IMG/VR virus record: IMGVR_UViG_3300030320_000049
Origin: a virus
Strand: one strand, 5' to 3'
DNA length: 64,000 nt
Position numbers and translations under genes: made by a program. Positions 52,205-62,006 of this stretch are shown one piece after another. The first letter of the stretch is position 1. Each line of letters opens with the position of its first letter. The notes under the pieces were generated by a model, which was not told where the DNA came from, ran no database searches, and saw only the letters and a list, made by a program, of their open reading frames with translations.

Positions 52205-52795
52205 TCAGTGATAGTTTTCTTCATTGAGTAATTCGTTGAATTTTTCCAACGCCTTAATAGATACTTTGTTATTTGCTTTTTCTGGTCTGATTGATACATT
52301 TAAGTGAGTATCAATGATGTGTTTTAACTCTCTTGCAAGTGTTTTCTTGCCTTGTTGAAGTCCATCTCTATAACCTTTTGCTGGGCGAAATTCATTGATT
52401 TTTTCTTTTCCTTCTCCTTGGCTTCCAGATGTTTTATTGTATCGGCATTGGTACCCTTTTTTTGTGTATTCCAATATCCAATACTGTTCCATATTATCAA
52501 GCTGTTCTACTGGATAATGGATAAAATTTATTTTCCACCCATACGGATTTTCTTTACTGTAAAATCCTCTCTTCTTTATTGATAAATCAATGTGCTGGTA
52601 CCCAGTAAGATGAGAACACATCCGCTGAATTATATGTACTGCCTGTCCTATATAAAAGTATGGGATTTCGTTTTCATCAGTTCTGGTTAAAAAATAAATT
52701 CCACTGCCATCATCAAGCTTTGGATTGATTTTCAGAAGCCTTTTTCGGTTCGCTACTTCAATAGCTTTTGCCTGTCTAAGCTTTTTATAATTCAA
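52205..52795 (-). CDS. GIY-YIG domain nuclease
   Basis: SGIYFLTRTDENEIPYFYIGQA...R...H...E pattern. Confidence 0.6.
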   Translation of the reverse strand: MNYKKLRQAKAIEVANRKRLLKINPKLDDGSGIYFLTRTDENEIPYFYIGQAVHIIQRMCSHLTGYQHIDLSIKKRGFYSKENPYGWKINFIHYPVEQLDNMEQYWILEYTKKGYQCRYNKTSGSQGEGKEKINEFRPAKGYRDGLQQGKKTLARELKHIIDTHLNVSIRPEKANNKVSIKALEKFNELLNEENYH

Positions 52796-52960
52796 CCGGC
52801 ATCACTCCCTTTTCAATCTGGTCAATGAGTTTCTTGCATTCATCTTTAACATAGGTTTCATTTAATCACTCCCATTCATCTTCATCCTCATCTTCACCAT
52901 CATCACAGTAACCATTTTTCTAAGCGCATCATAAACAGCAACTTCTACCATAGTTTTCTC

Positions 52961-53386
52961 CTAACTAAACGGAAATTCATCTTCCATACCGCCTAAATCT
53001 GGCACATCCATGAAACTAGGTTCTGGTGGCGGTACTGGTCGTGTATCTGTTTCCTGTGTTTGTGGTGACTGGCTCTTTCTTTCTGCAAATTCATGTTCTG
53101 CAATAAGACAATCATTTGAGTAAACTTTTTCGCCATTTTTGTTCGTATAGTTTCCAGTCTGCCATTCTCCACGCACATTTACTTTCGTGCCTTTTTTAAG
53201 ATATTTCTCTGCAAATTCTGCATTTTTTCCAAGGCATACGCAAGCGATAAAGTCAGATTTTCTTTCTGTATTCTTTTTCACTCTTCTCTCGACAGCCAAA
53301 ATATATCTTGCAATTTTGGTGTCATTCGTTCCCATTCTAATATCTGGGTCAGCGGTTAATCTTCCAGAAAGAATAACAATATTCAC
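52961..53386 (-). CDS. ssb: Single-stranded DNA-binding protein
   Basis: MNIVILSGRLTADPDIR OB fold and acidic C-terminal tip MEDEFPFS. Confidence 0.9.
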   Translation of the reverse strand: MNIVILSGRLTADPDIRMGTNDTKIARYILAVERRVKKNTERKSDFIACVCLGKNAEFAEKYLKKGTKVNVRGEWQTGNYTNKNGEKVYSNDCLIAEHEFAERKSQSPQTQETDTRPVPPPEPSFMDVPDLGGMEDEFPFS

Positions 53387-53392
53387 AATTTA

Positions 53393-53581
53393 TCACCTCT
53401 CAATCTGAATGTCGCACCTGATAAGTGCGTGTTTGATTTTCTTTGTATTCCCTGTTACGATTTCTTCTTTCCCGATAACAAAGGAAATATCATCTTCTGT
53501 TACGTCAAATCCTTTTGTTTTGATATGCTCCATGATGATTTCTTTAATTTCATCTTCGCCGATTCCGATTGTTATTTCCAA
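53393..53581 (-). CDS. hypothetical (62 aa, TTG start)
   Basis: TTG 53581, 8 nt after GGGAGG. Confidence 0.35.
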   Translation of the reverse strand: MEITIGIGEDEIKEIIMEHIKTKGFDVTEDDISFVIGKEEIVTGNTKKIKHALIRCDIQIER

Positions 53582-53586
53582 TGTTG

Positions 53587-53943
53587 TTACCTCCCTGGTT
53601 TGTAGACTGGCGGCATTGGCTGCCATGCAATGACTGGGTAATACGCAAAGCCATATGCTTCTACACTTCCCCATTTACCGTCCCCTAAATATGTAAGACT
53701 TGTTGGAAGAACAGCTCCCTTAATTGTAACTGCATATTCTTTCCAATCTACAGGGTTTTCTTCCTTGTTTGGTTCTGGCGGCAAAATTAAATCTGTTGGA
53801 AACCACATATCCGCAGAGCTGTAGGAACAAATCAGTTCTTCAACTTTCTTGATTGCATCATTCCATCCTTTATCATACTTGCATTCCTGTTCAGAAGGTT
53901 CTGACTTTTTCAGTTTGTCAAGTGTTTTTAAGAAGATTTTCAT
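53587..53943 (-). CDS. DUF551-like protein (118 aa)
   Basis: ORF track; W..P pattern. Confidence 0.4.
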   Translation of the reverse strand: MKIFLKTLDKLKKSEPSEQECKYDKGWNDAIKKVEELICSYSSADMWFPTDLILPPEPNKEENPVDWKEYAVTIKGAVLPTSLTYLGDGKWGSVEAYGFAYYPVIAWQPMPPVYKPGR

Positions 53944-53946
53944 GTG

Positions 53947-54426
53947 TTATTTTTCCTCCATAGCTATCACATCACATCCAATAAATACCAATTCCTCATG
54001 TTCACTCATTCCATAGCCGACAGATTTTCTTCCTACTTTAAAAAATACATTATTTGTATTAACCGTAACTCCTTCAGTTTTTTCCATATAATCAGAAACA
54101 ATAGCTTTCAAAATATCTTCATTTAAGAAAGTCTTTTTTTCGACTATTGGATGTTCTTTTGGCATATATTCAAGCCATGTCTCTACACCTTTGTATTCTT
54201 TTCCTAGTGTGTCAGTCCATTCGCCATTTCCAGTATATGCAAGCATGATGATTCTTTCAGAGTTTTTCAGCTTTACATAATACAAACATGCAGTATCACC
54301 AATTGGGGGTTCTGGAAGTGAGTCATTTACTAAACGCCATGCACTAGGTGAAGGAATTGTTTTTCCTGTTTTACGGTCTACATGCTCCTGTCCTTTAATT
54401 ACATAGTTTCTAAATTTTTTTGGCAT
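53947..54426 (-). CDS. hypothetical (159 aa), DUF551-like N-terminal half
   Basis: WRLVNDSLPEPP motif. Confidence 0.4.
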   Translation of the reverse strand: MPKKFRNYVIKGQEHVDRKTGKTIPSPSAWRLVNDSLPEPPIGDTACLYYVKLKNSERIIMLAYTGNGEWTDTLGKEYKGVETWLEYMPKEHPIVEKKTFLNEDILKAIVSDYMEKTEGVTVNTNNVFFKVGRKSVGYGMSEHEELVFIGCDVIAMEEK

Positions 54427-54719
54427 TAATTTTCTCCTTTCAATAATTCAGCCGAATTGTTTTCCTTATCATCTTCAATAGCTTTCCAAATGCAAGCCAT
54501 AACAGGTGCAAAATCAAGCAGTATTTCCCTTTCTCTGATGTTTCTTCCGTCTTTTTCATGCCAATCTCTCACTATATAAAGTTCGGCATTTGCAGAAAGA
54601 ATATCTGTTTTCATGTCCCAGTATTTAATATGAATTTCATAAGCTGCATTTTCAGAAATTGGATTTACATAAATTCCTTTTGTTACTTCTTTCCAATCTT
54701 TCAAACCAATTGTTGCCAT
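54426..54719 (-). CDS. hypothetical (97 aa)
   Basis: ORF track. Confidence 0.45.
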   Translation of the reverse strand: MATIGLKDWKEVTKGIYVNPISENAAYEIHIKYWDMKTDILSANAELYIVRDWHEKDGRNIREREILLDFAPVMACIWKAIEDDKENNSAELLKGEN

Positions 54720-54731
54720 CTATTTCTCCTT

Positions 54732-55501
54732 TCAAAACGGACATAAGTCCAAATTAACTTCAAGTCCAGGTCTGGCAATCTGCACCAGCGCATCATCCCA
54801 AACCACCGCTTCTTTTATCTCCTTCAAAATCTGTTCCGGATCAGCTGCTTCATTACTCAAATGCACCAATGTTACCGTCCGTAATGCTGCAGTATGGTTC
54901 GTATTTACCAAGCTTTTGCAAGTGTCTAATGAACAATGCCCTTTAAGCCTGTGCGTGTAATTTTCAGCTGTTTTGTCAACCAATTCATTGCAATAGTTGC
55001 ACTCAATAACAAAGTGGTTCAGTCGCATTGCCTTGAAGTTGTACTTGCAGTATTCAAAGTCGGTCATGTACAACAACTTTCCCATTTCTTCATGTTCCAC
55101 GATATACCCATAATTGAAACATTGAATAAGTTGCCCTGTGTCCTTATCCCTTGTAGTATGCGGCAAATAGAACGGTATTACTGTAAACGAGCCAACCCGG
55201 AACGGTCTTTTCTCTGGAACTCCTTTCATCAATTCGCCAGTGATGATTTGCAGATGTTCCACGGTTTCATCATTGGTGTAAATCTGAATACCTAAATTCA
55301 TCAGATTTTTAAATGATTCACGGTGATCGCTCAACCGTGTTCATGGGTAAGAAGCACGCCAGAAACATCACTTGTTCTGTAATCAATTGCTTTTAAAATG
55401 TCTTTGTATTTACATCCGCAGTCAAGAAGAAGCATTTCTCCACTGTTCGATTTCAAAACATAGCAGTTTCCGTGTTGGCTCCCTGTATTCACTACTCGCA
55501 T
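54732..55501 (-). pseudogene. Metallo-beta-lactamase-fold hydrolase/nuclease split inside the HxHxDH motif
   Basis: N-part 55501..55331: MRVVNTGSQHGNCYVLKSNSGEMLLLDCGCKYKD...GVLLTHEHG*. The -1 frame continues (L)SDHRESFKNL... (track ORF 54732..55334). Confidence 0.7.
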
Positions 55502-55529
55502 GAACATTTTTCATCACCTCGCTTTCTGT

Positions 55530-55739
55530 TTATTTGTAGCTATTTAAAATTGAAGAAGCAGTTTCTCCAATCATATTTTTATCGTCCTGCTGATATGGAG
55601 GAGCTCCGCTCCATAATTCTTTCATATCTTTTAAATCTGTAGCCACCATTGCGTCCCTTATTAATTGAAGCTCTTTAAGCGATAATTCCACAGTCACAAT
55701 AGAATCCCAATTAATTCTCTTTCTTCCTATCTCTTTCAT
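55530..55739 (-). CDS. hypothetical (69 aa)
   Basis: ORF track. Confidence 0.4.
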   Translation of the reverse strand: MKEIGRKRINWDSIVTVELSLKELQLIRDAMVATDLKDMKELWSGAPPYQQDDKNMIGETASSILNSYK

Positions 55740-56086
55740 ACTTCATCATCCTCTGGAAATCGGAATACAATGTTTGCAGGCTCGAATTTCATATCTGGGC
55801 TGTTAACCATGGTTTTAATGATTCCGAAACCTCTTGCAGCCATTTTTATGCATTCTTCGTAATCATCATCGCTCATTTCAACGTTTTGTGCTAAAAACAT
55901 TCCTGCATACACTTTGTGAAGAGCTTTCATGGCTTTCTCGGCTTTTTCATCTGTCGAATAACGAGCCATGACTGTTCCTTTTTCACCTACCATTGGCACA
56001 TATACTCTTATGATATTTTCAGTTCTGCTTAATGATGTGATTTCATAAGGAACATCAAATTTCCCATTCTGACTAACTAATCTCAT
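55736..56086 (-). CDS. hypothetical (116 aa)
   Basis: ORF track. Confidence 0.45.
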   Translation of the reverse strand: MRLVSQNGKFDVPYEITSLSRTENIIRVYVPMVGEKGTVMARYSTDEKAEKAMKALHKVYAGMFLAQNVEMSDDDYEECIKMAARGFGIIKTMVNSPDMKFEPANIVFRFPEDDEV

Positions 56087-56129
56087 TCACTCACCTCCGA
56101 AAAAAGTTTCTCTTATATTTCTACTCATG

Positions 56130-56414
56130 TCAGTTTTCCTCATTCACAACAATACCGCCGTGGATAATAACTCTCTTTCCATCCGAATCATCAAAGTAAA
56201 CTTCATTCTCTGATTCGGAAACATCAAACTTTCCAGACCAGGACTTGATTTTACCGCCGTTGTAATCGTAAACAGTTACGGTACGATTCAGACCACCGTC
56301 AATATCACTAGACAGTGATTTTAATGATCTGCTACAGGAAGAACAACCACTAAACATCGTGATTGCTGTAATCCCTGTGATTAATACTGCTGTCTTAATA
56401 CATTTATGCTTCAT
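56130..56414 (-). CDS. Small lipoprotein (94 aa)
   Basis: Signal peptide with lipobox ITMFSGC. Confidence 0.55.
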   Translation of the reverse strand: MKHKCIKTAVLITGITAITMFSGCSSCSRSLKSLSSDIDGGLNRTVTVYDYNGGKIKSWSGKFDVSESENEVYFDDSDGKRVIIHGGIVVNEEN

Positions 56415-56427
56415 TTTGGCTCTCCTT

Positions 56428-56589
56428 TTACATTGTAAGTTGGATTATAATGAGTACCACATATGTAATAACATTTAAAAGAATAATTAAATTGGTTCGA
56501 TTGTATTCATTTTTTCGAATAAAAGTTACTATCCATCCCAAAAGTGCTATTGAAAGCAAAATAATAAGTACAATTGTGGAAGTTTCCAT
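56428..56589 (-). CDS. 2-TM membrane protein (53 aa, below track cutoff)
   Basis: Own translation METSTIVLIILLSIALLGWIVTFIRKNEYNRTNLIILLNVITYVVLIIIQLTM. Confidence 0.35.
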   Translation of the reverse strand: METSTIVLIILLSIALLGWIVTFIRKNEYNRTNLIILLNVITYVVLIIIQLTM

Positions 56590-56590
56590 C

Positions 56591-57697
56591 CTACATTTCC
56601 TCCTGGCTCATAAATGACGGAATTTCTGTTTCCACTGGCTCTGCTGCCGGGGCTGGTTCTTTCTCAGCTGTCTTTACAGTTTCGGCTACGGTTGGCTGCT
56701 TTGGCTTTTCTTCGATTGCTTCTGGCTGTGGAATGAATTCTTCTATGTTTGCGTTCTGCTCGATTTCTTCCTGTACTTCTCTGTATGTAGCGTCCATCAT
56801 GTTGTATTCGTAAGCCTGCACTGGATTATCCCATTTCTTAGGAATGGACTTCATAATGTTGTTACGCATCTTACGAATAATCATTGACTCTCTGGACTGT
56901 GTTTCGTAATAAGACGGTGAAATATACGGTCTTAATTCCTCACAGTCAATGATTGCTTCTAGTTCTCCAATGTCAGCGACCTTTTTCATGATCTCTTTTT
57001 TCTTTGCTTCAATTTGAGCTTTCTGCGCATCTGTAGCTTTATATCTGTCTGCACAAATTCCAAACGTTTCATTCTGGAGATTGTTCTTGATGTGTGCTGC
57101 AAGATTCTTCAGTACATCTGCTCTTTCGCAAGAAAGGTATTCAATATGTCCGTCCTTATACTGAATCGGATATACGATACGGACTACCCTACCTACACCA
57201 GATTCTTCCCATTCTGGCGGTGTGATTTCCACACCTTTATGTCTTGGTGGGATATACTTATCACCTTCTCTGACTTTCCAGTACGGGAATACTTTAGCTA
57301 CATCGACACCATATCTACTTACAAGAGCGTCATTTCCATCGCCCTCAATCGCAAACTCGATTTTCTTCTCCCACTGTGCCGGCTTCCCTTTTCCTGCTAC
57401 GTTTACGTTTCTGATCTGGAAATAGCACTCTCTCGGCTGTGCATTTGCGTTCAGCTTTAATGCTGCTACTTTACTCAGAATAAATTTAAGATTAGAACCA
57501 TTGATTGCTTCAAAACTTACTCCGCTCTCATGCACCATCTGGAAAATAGATCCCATTGCTGCTACTACGCAATCTTTTGAGTAGGAATCAAATTCCATTC
57601 CTCTTGAAGTCAAATCTCTTTCCATTAAATCGACATAACGATTTGTGTAATAGGAAAGCTGTGTGTTAAAATTTGCTACCTGTGTGTTTTCTGCCAT
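56591..57697 (-). CDS. RecT-like single-strand annealing protein
   Basis: ECYFQIRNV...IEFAIEGDGNDALVSRYGVDVAKVFPYWKVREGDKY pattern and an acidic C-terminal tail. Confidence 0.5.
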   Translation of the reverse strand: MAENTQVANFNTQLSYYTNRYVDLMERDLTSRGMEFDSYSKDCVVAAMGSIFQMVHESGVSFEAINGSNLKFILSKVAALKLNANAQPRECYFQIRNVNVAGKGKPAQWEKKIEFAIEGDGNDALVSRYGVDVAKVFPYWKVREGDKYIPPRHKGVEITPPEWEESGVGRVVRIVYPIQYKDGHIEYLSCERADVLKNLAAHIKNNLQNETFGICADRYKATDAQKAQIEAKKKEIMKKVADIGELEAIIDCEELRPYISPSYYETQSRESMIIRKMRNNIMKSIPKKWDNPVQAYEYNMMDATYREVQEEIEQNANIEEFIPQPEAIEEKPKQPTVAETVKTAEKEPAPAAEPVETEIPSFMSQEEM

Positions 57698-57851
57698 TTT
57701 AATTCTCCTTTTCTTTATTTATATGCTCAGTGGCATATGAAACAGGATGAAGTGTTGTGTCCTGTCCTGTTATTTCCTTTACTAAAATTTTATGTCCTGT
57801 TGTGATTTCCGGGCATTCACCCGGATTCATATACCACCGATAGTTACCAAA

Positions 57852-58529
57852 TTAAATGATAGTTACATTGTCCGGGTTGATGTGGTATCTTCCATTTCCA
57901 TTTGCTCTCTGTGTTCCGATTCCAATGTACTTTCCGCTGGTTTCAATCAACTGCAACACTGTCTCGTACGGAAATACAATATCCGGGCAAGATACCTCAA
58001 TAGTGGTTCGCCAGTTATGAAATACGTTGCTACTGCAAAGAACCGGGCTTCCAGCGATTGAAGAAGTCGGAACAATCTTATTTACTATCTCAACAGATTC
58101 AAAATTTACCGGGCAAATAGAACCTTCGATTGAAAGAGAACGCTTTATATCTGTTCCTTTCTTTCCTGTGGAATCCTTGAAGAAAGTAATAAATGTTTCT
58201 GTGAATGATTTCTTGAATGCCTGGGTAAGAATGCAAGGTCTGTTGTTTGCCATGTAATCTTTCCACTCTTCTTCTGTGTAAAGGGAAATATCTTCATCAT
58301 GGAAATTAATCGGTTTCTCCCAGTGAATACCAGTAATTAAGCCCTCCCAAACATTTTTGGGCTGATTGTAAATAGCTGGCATTTTGAAGCCCTTGTCCTT
58401 GGACTGCTTGAAACATTCAGCCTGTTCGTAGTAGCGGCTTCTCTTGTGAAGAATTAGGTCTGTGTCCCCGATTAACTCAACTCTTAATGTGGTTTCCTTT
58501 AATGGTTCGATTGTGATGTTTTTTGCCAT
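57852..58529 (-). CDS. hypothetical (225 aa)
   Basis: ORF track. Confidence 0.5.
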   Translation of the reverse strand: MAKNITIEPLKETTLRVELIGDTDLILHKRSRYYEQAECFKQSKDKGFKMPAIYNQPKNVWEGLITGIHWEKPINFHDEDISLYTEEEWKDYMANNRPCILTQAFKKSFTETFITFFKDSTGKKGTDIKRSLSIEGSICPVNFESVEIVNKIVPTSSIAGSPVLCSSNVFHNWRTTIEVSCPDIVFPYETVLQLIETSGKYIGIGTQRANGNGRYHINPDNVTII

Positions 58530-59515
58530 GTTGCTTTCCTCCTAAAATAAAATGATTTTTTATTGTTTTTTTGTTTGCACAAACATTCAAACGGATTAAT
58601 CTGCAATAAATAATTAGTGATCTGTCCTATACTGTTTTGTTCTGTGATGTTCTGTGATATCTTATTATGCGAAACTAATCCGCTTGAATCTTTGTGTAAA
58701 CTCCAAATGTACTTAGCAAGCAGTAGAATGAGCTATATTTTACTGTCATGTGCTGTTCTCTATTGTGCGAAGATATAATTTTCTTAGCAGTTTTCTACTG
58801 CCAACTAAATACACTTGGTGGCTTATCTGCTCGGTAGGTAACATGAAATATTCTGTATTTTTATATTCTGCAATATTCTATGGTATCCTTTACTATGGCA
58901 TCTCATGCCACCTACCCAGGAGACAATTTTGTTTGGATGAGCCGCTTTATAGGCAATATAAAAGTTAGGTGTAATTATCTATAATTAGATATATTTCACT
59001 GTGCTCTAATTTACCGCGTTATGTTTCGATATACTTTCCTAGCGATTTATACCGCCTGTAAAACAGCCCATCCGCTAAGTGCTGTGTCCTGTTGTGTTCT
59101 ATTTCTTGCTGTTATTATCTGTCTTATTCTTTCCTATTCTGTTTTAAGTGTTCACAACACTTGTCACTCTGCATAAGTAATCTATCCTATCCTGTTATAT
59201 GCTGTTTTGCTTTGTTCTTTCATATTCTTCTACTTATGCAGACTGATAAATGCTGTGGTTTCCTACGGTCATAAACCTGTATTGAACTGAGGTGTAATGT
59301 TATGTTTTCTGTTATTTTATATTCTAATAAAATGTTTTTTAATTTTTTCAATACAGGCATATCAACGTAGGAATTTCGCCGCTACTGCACTCATAAGCCC
59401 GCAAGAATAAGGTGTAACGTTCTTTTCTGTCTTGTTCTGTAGTGCCCTGTTATGTCATGTTCTGCATTATGTTCCCACTCTTGCAGGCATATCAGCACAG
59501 TAACGGCATTCATGT
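58530..59515. repeat. 1-kb non-coding, strand-skewed (T/G/C-rich on plus strand) degenerate repeat region
   Basis: TGTTCT/CTGT words recur many times. Tandem GTTCTGTGAT x2 at 58639-58658. GGTGTAA x3. CAGGCATATCA x2. 11-bp inverted repeat CTGCATAAGTA/TACTTATGCAG at 59169/59231. Confidence 0.55.
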
Positions 59516-59962
59516 TTAATTAATCAGTTCCCAAACTTCTTCGTATTCGGAAATATTCTGGTATTTCTGCTTCACTGCCAGAAGTTCATTTCGGCAACGC
59601 TCTAAAAGTGCTTCGTATTCATCTGGCTGTTTCAAAATAAGCTGTGTTGGCTTATATCCGCTTTTTCCATCTGTTTTGTAAAACACTCGAATTGCTGTCG
59701 GCTTTGGCTTGTTATCAATATCCTGTTCCACGATTTTTAATTGGCAAACTATCAATCTGGCTTCGTGGATTCTGTATTTTTCAGCCGCTATGGAATCATC
59801 CCATGTGAAGCACTTATGTAATTCTGTACTTTCGTCCCTTGCTTTCTCAAGAATCTGCTGTGGTGTAGCTGATTCCATCTGATCGCAAATTTCCATGATT
59901 TCAGATGCACATTTTGTAGCATCTGCCTTGAAAAAATGTTTTCCCCATGTTGCTGTTAGCAT
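59516..59962 (-). CDS. hypothetical (148 aa)
   Basis: ORF track. Confidence 0.5.
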   Translation of the reverse strand: MLTATWGKHFFKADATKCASEIMEICDQMESATPQQILEKARDESTELHKCFTWDDSIAAEKYRIHEARLIVCQLKIVEQDIDNKPKPTAIRVFYKTDGKSGYKPTQLILKQPDEYEALLERCRNELLAVKQKYQNISEYEEVWELIN

Positions 59963-59978
59963 TTTCCCCTCCTAATTA

Positions 59979-62006
59979 TCAGATTTCTTTTACTTCCAAA
60001 TCCCCATCCGTAACTCTCAGAATAATCATCTGTCTGTCTAATACAGGGATTCTCTCAACATTAACGGATTCGCTATCATCAATCCAGATTGGAAGATTCA
60101 GATGGTTCATCTCCTGTAACCCATTCAGCAAATCAACCTCGCAAAGAATTTTGTCGGAATGATTCAATCCGCTGTTGTAGTCGATTCCATTACAGATCAT
60201 CTTGCAAGTTTCCACTGGATTTCCCTCAATCGTGTAATCAAGGAAACTGAACTGGAAATGTTTAAAGTGTGGATTGATTTTCTCTGCCAATGCCTTATTT
60301 TTCTGAATTGAGAAGTTAAGAACGGTATCAATGTTCTTTTCGATATCAGCTTGTACCTGTCCAAGGCTTTTCAGTTCCTCATTCAGTTCGGCTACTCGCT
60401 TTTCTTTCTCTGTGACTGCTGCCTGTGCAATCTTAATGTCTGCATCCACATTGGAAATCTGTTTCATAACATTGCTGATCTGCATTCTTAATTCCTGTTT
60501 CTTTCCAGGAACATCATCAAATGACTTTAATTTCTCTTCAAGTTCTGCAATTCTCGCTGTAACTGCAAGATATTCTTCATCATTTGTTATATCTACAGAT
60601 TCTGGAAGCTCCGTAAATTTGGACTGTTCTTCCTCAATCTGTTTAGTAAGTTCAGCAACTTCATCCTGTGCTACGCCGATTTCTGACTGTAATTTGCTGA
60701 TTTCCTCGTTAGTTTTCTTTAATTTTGCAGAAGCAGAATTTCCAAGATCACAAGTTCCTTTTAACTGGTTCTGTTTTGCCGATTCCCAGTTTTGCTTTTT
60801 GGTTAATTCATTTTCAATTCTGAACTTCTTCTTTTCTTCAAATGAAGATTTCAGTTTGGAAACTTGTTCTTCTGGCAGTTCCTGTCCACAGGTCGGGCAA
60901 ATGGTATCAGAATCATTGAATGTTTCAGCTTCAATAGCTTTCAGTTCAGAATCATCCCACTCCATTTCTTTGATTCTCGGATAGTCCTGTCTGGCTCTAT
61001 CCAAGTCAGCTTTTGCTTGTTGTGCTTCCCTTATGTGGTTATCCAGTTCCATTCCAATAATACGAATGCTTGATTCCTTTTCTGATTTTTTTAACCTAAG
61101 TTCGGAAACTGTATCAGAAATGAATTTTTGTCTGGCTCTTAACCATTCATTCGCTTTGCTAACCAGACCATCCCTGGAAGATTTCAAACCACGGATTTCA
61201 TATGAAAGGCTGTCATAGCCTTTTGCTGAATCTTCAAGAATCCCTTCCTGTTCTTCCAGCTTGGAAAGTTCCGCATTAAGCTCCTGTTTTTTGGATTCCA
61301 GGGAAGAAGTATCTTCTGCTTCAACAGTCCGATTGGTTTCGTAAGCAATCTCTGTATTTTTTGCATCAACCTTTTTCTTCTGTGCATTCAGTTCCTTTCG
61401 GAGCTTCTTTAAGGTATCCTCTACGGAATGCCCCTTTGTAATTTCTTCTACATGTGCATACTGTGGATTTTCTTCCATAAACTGCGCAATATCAAAACCA
61501 GACATTTTTTCCAATACCTTTCTGGATTCTGCGGTTGACTTCTGCAATGTGTCCAGGAACGGTTTTGGATTACTGCACATCAGAAGCGTTGAAGGCTCTG
61601 CTATTGACTGGATGAACTCGGTATAATCCTTTGATTTAGCCGGGAATCCGTCAATTTCATAAGAAGTTTCATTTCCATCGAATACCTCTTCGGACTGTCC
61701 TCTCGGTTTTCTCCACTTTTGTTTTGTGATTTTGCGGATTACTTTTTCTTTCCCATCAATCGCAAGTGTAAGTTCTCTTACAACATCAACCTTTGGCACT
61801 TCCACGCCATTTTCTTTTCTGCGGATAGAAGTCGGTTCTGTACCATTTGCCATCTTTCCTGTCAGGACATCTAAATATGCGTCCTGTAATGTGGATTTTC
61901 CTTCTCTGTTTCTGCCGGAAATCTCTGTTCTTGGAAACAAATCTACAGACTTACTCGGAAACTTCTTGTAATTCACTAGCGAAATTTTTTTCACTTCCAC
62001 TTTCAT
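59979..62006 (-). CDS. Rad50/SbcC-like SMC-family ATPase
   Basis: Walker A SGRNREGKST, long coiled coil with zinc-hook CPTCGQ, and C-terminal PIWIDDSESV (Walker B/D-loop-like). Confidence 0.75.
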   Translation of the reverse strand: MKVEVKKISLVNYKKFPSKSVDLFPRTEISGRNREGKSTLQDAYLDVLTGKMANGTEPTSIRRKENGVEVPKVDVVRELTLAIDGKEKVIRKITKQKWRKPRGQSEEVFDGNETSYEIDGFPAKSKDYTEFIQSIAEPSTLLMCSNPKPFLDTLQKSTAESRKVLEKMSGFDIAQFMEENPQYAHVEEITKGHSVEDTLKKLRKELNAQKKKVDAKNTEIAYETNRTVEAEDTSSLESKKQELNAELSKLEEQEGILEDSAKGYDSLSYEIRGLKSSRDGLVSKANEWLRARQKFISDTVSELRLKKSEKESSIRIIGMELDNHIREAQQAKADLDRARQDYPRIKEMEWDDSELKAIEAETFNDSDTICPTCGQELPEEQVSKLKSSFEEKKKFRIENELTKKQNWESAKQNQLKGTCDLGNSASAKLKKTNEEISKLQSEIGVAQDEVAELTKQIEEEQSKFTELPESVDITNDEEYLAVTARIAELEEKLKSFDDVPGKKQELRMQISNVMKQISNVDADIKIAQAAVTEKEKRVAELNEELKSLGQVQADIEKNIDTVLNFSIQKNKALAEKINPHFKHFQFSFLDYTIEGNPVETCKMICNGIDYNSGLNHSDKILCEVDLLNGLQEMNHLNLPIWIDDSESVNVERIPVLDRQMIILRVTDGDLEVKEI

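Noticed and set aside
55290-55310. Hammerhead ribozyme core, because CUGAUGA and GAAAC occur on the minus strand just after the MBL frameshift.
   Set aside because: No stem II or stem III can be drawn between the boxes, and the sequence is ordinary coding sequence (KNLMNLG...NDETV).
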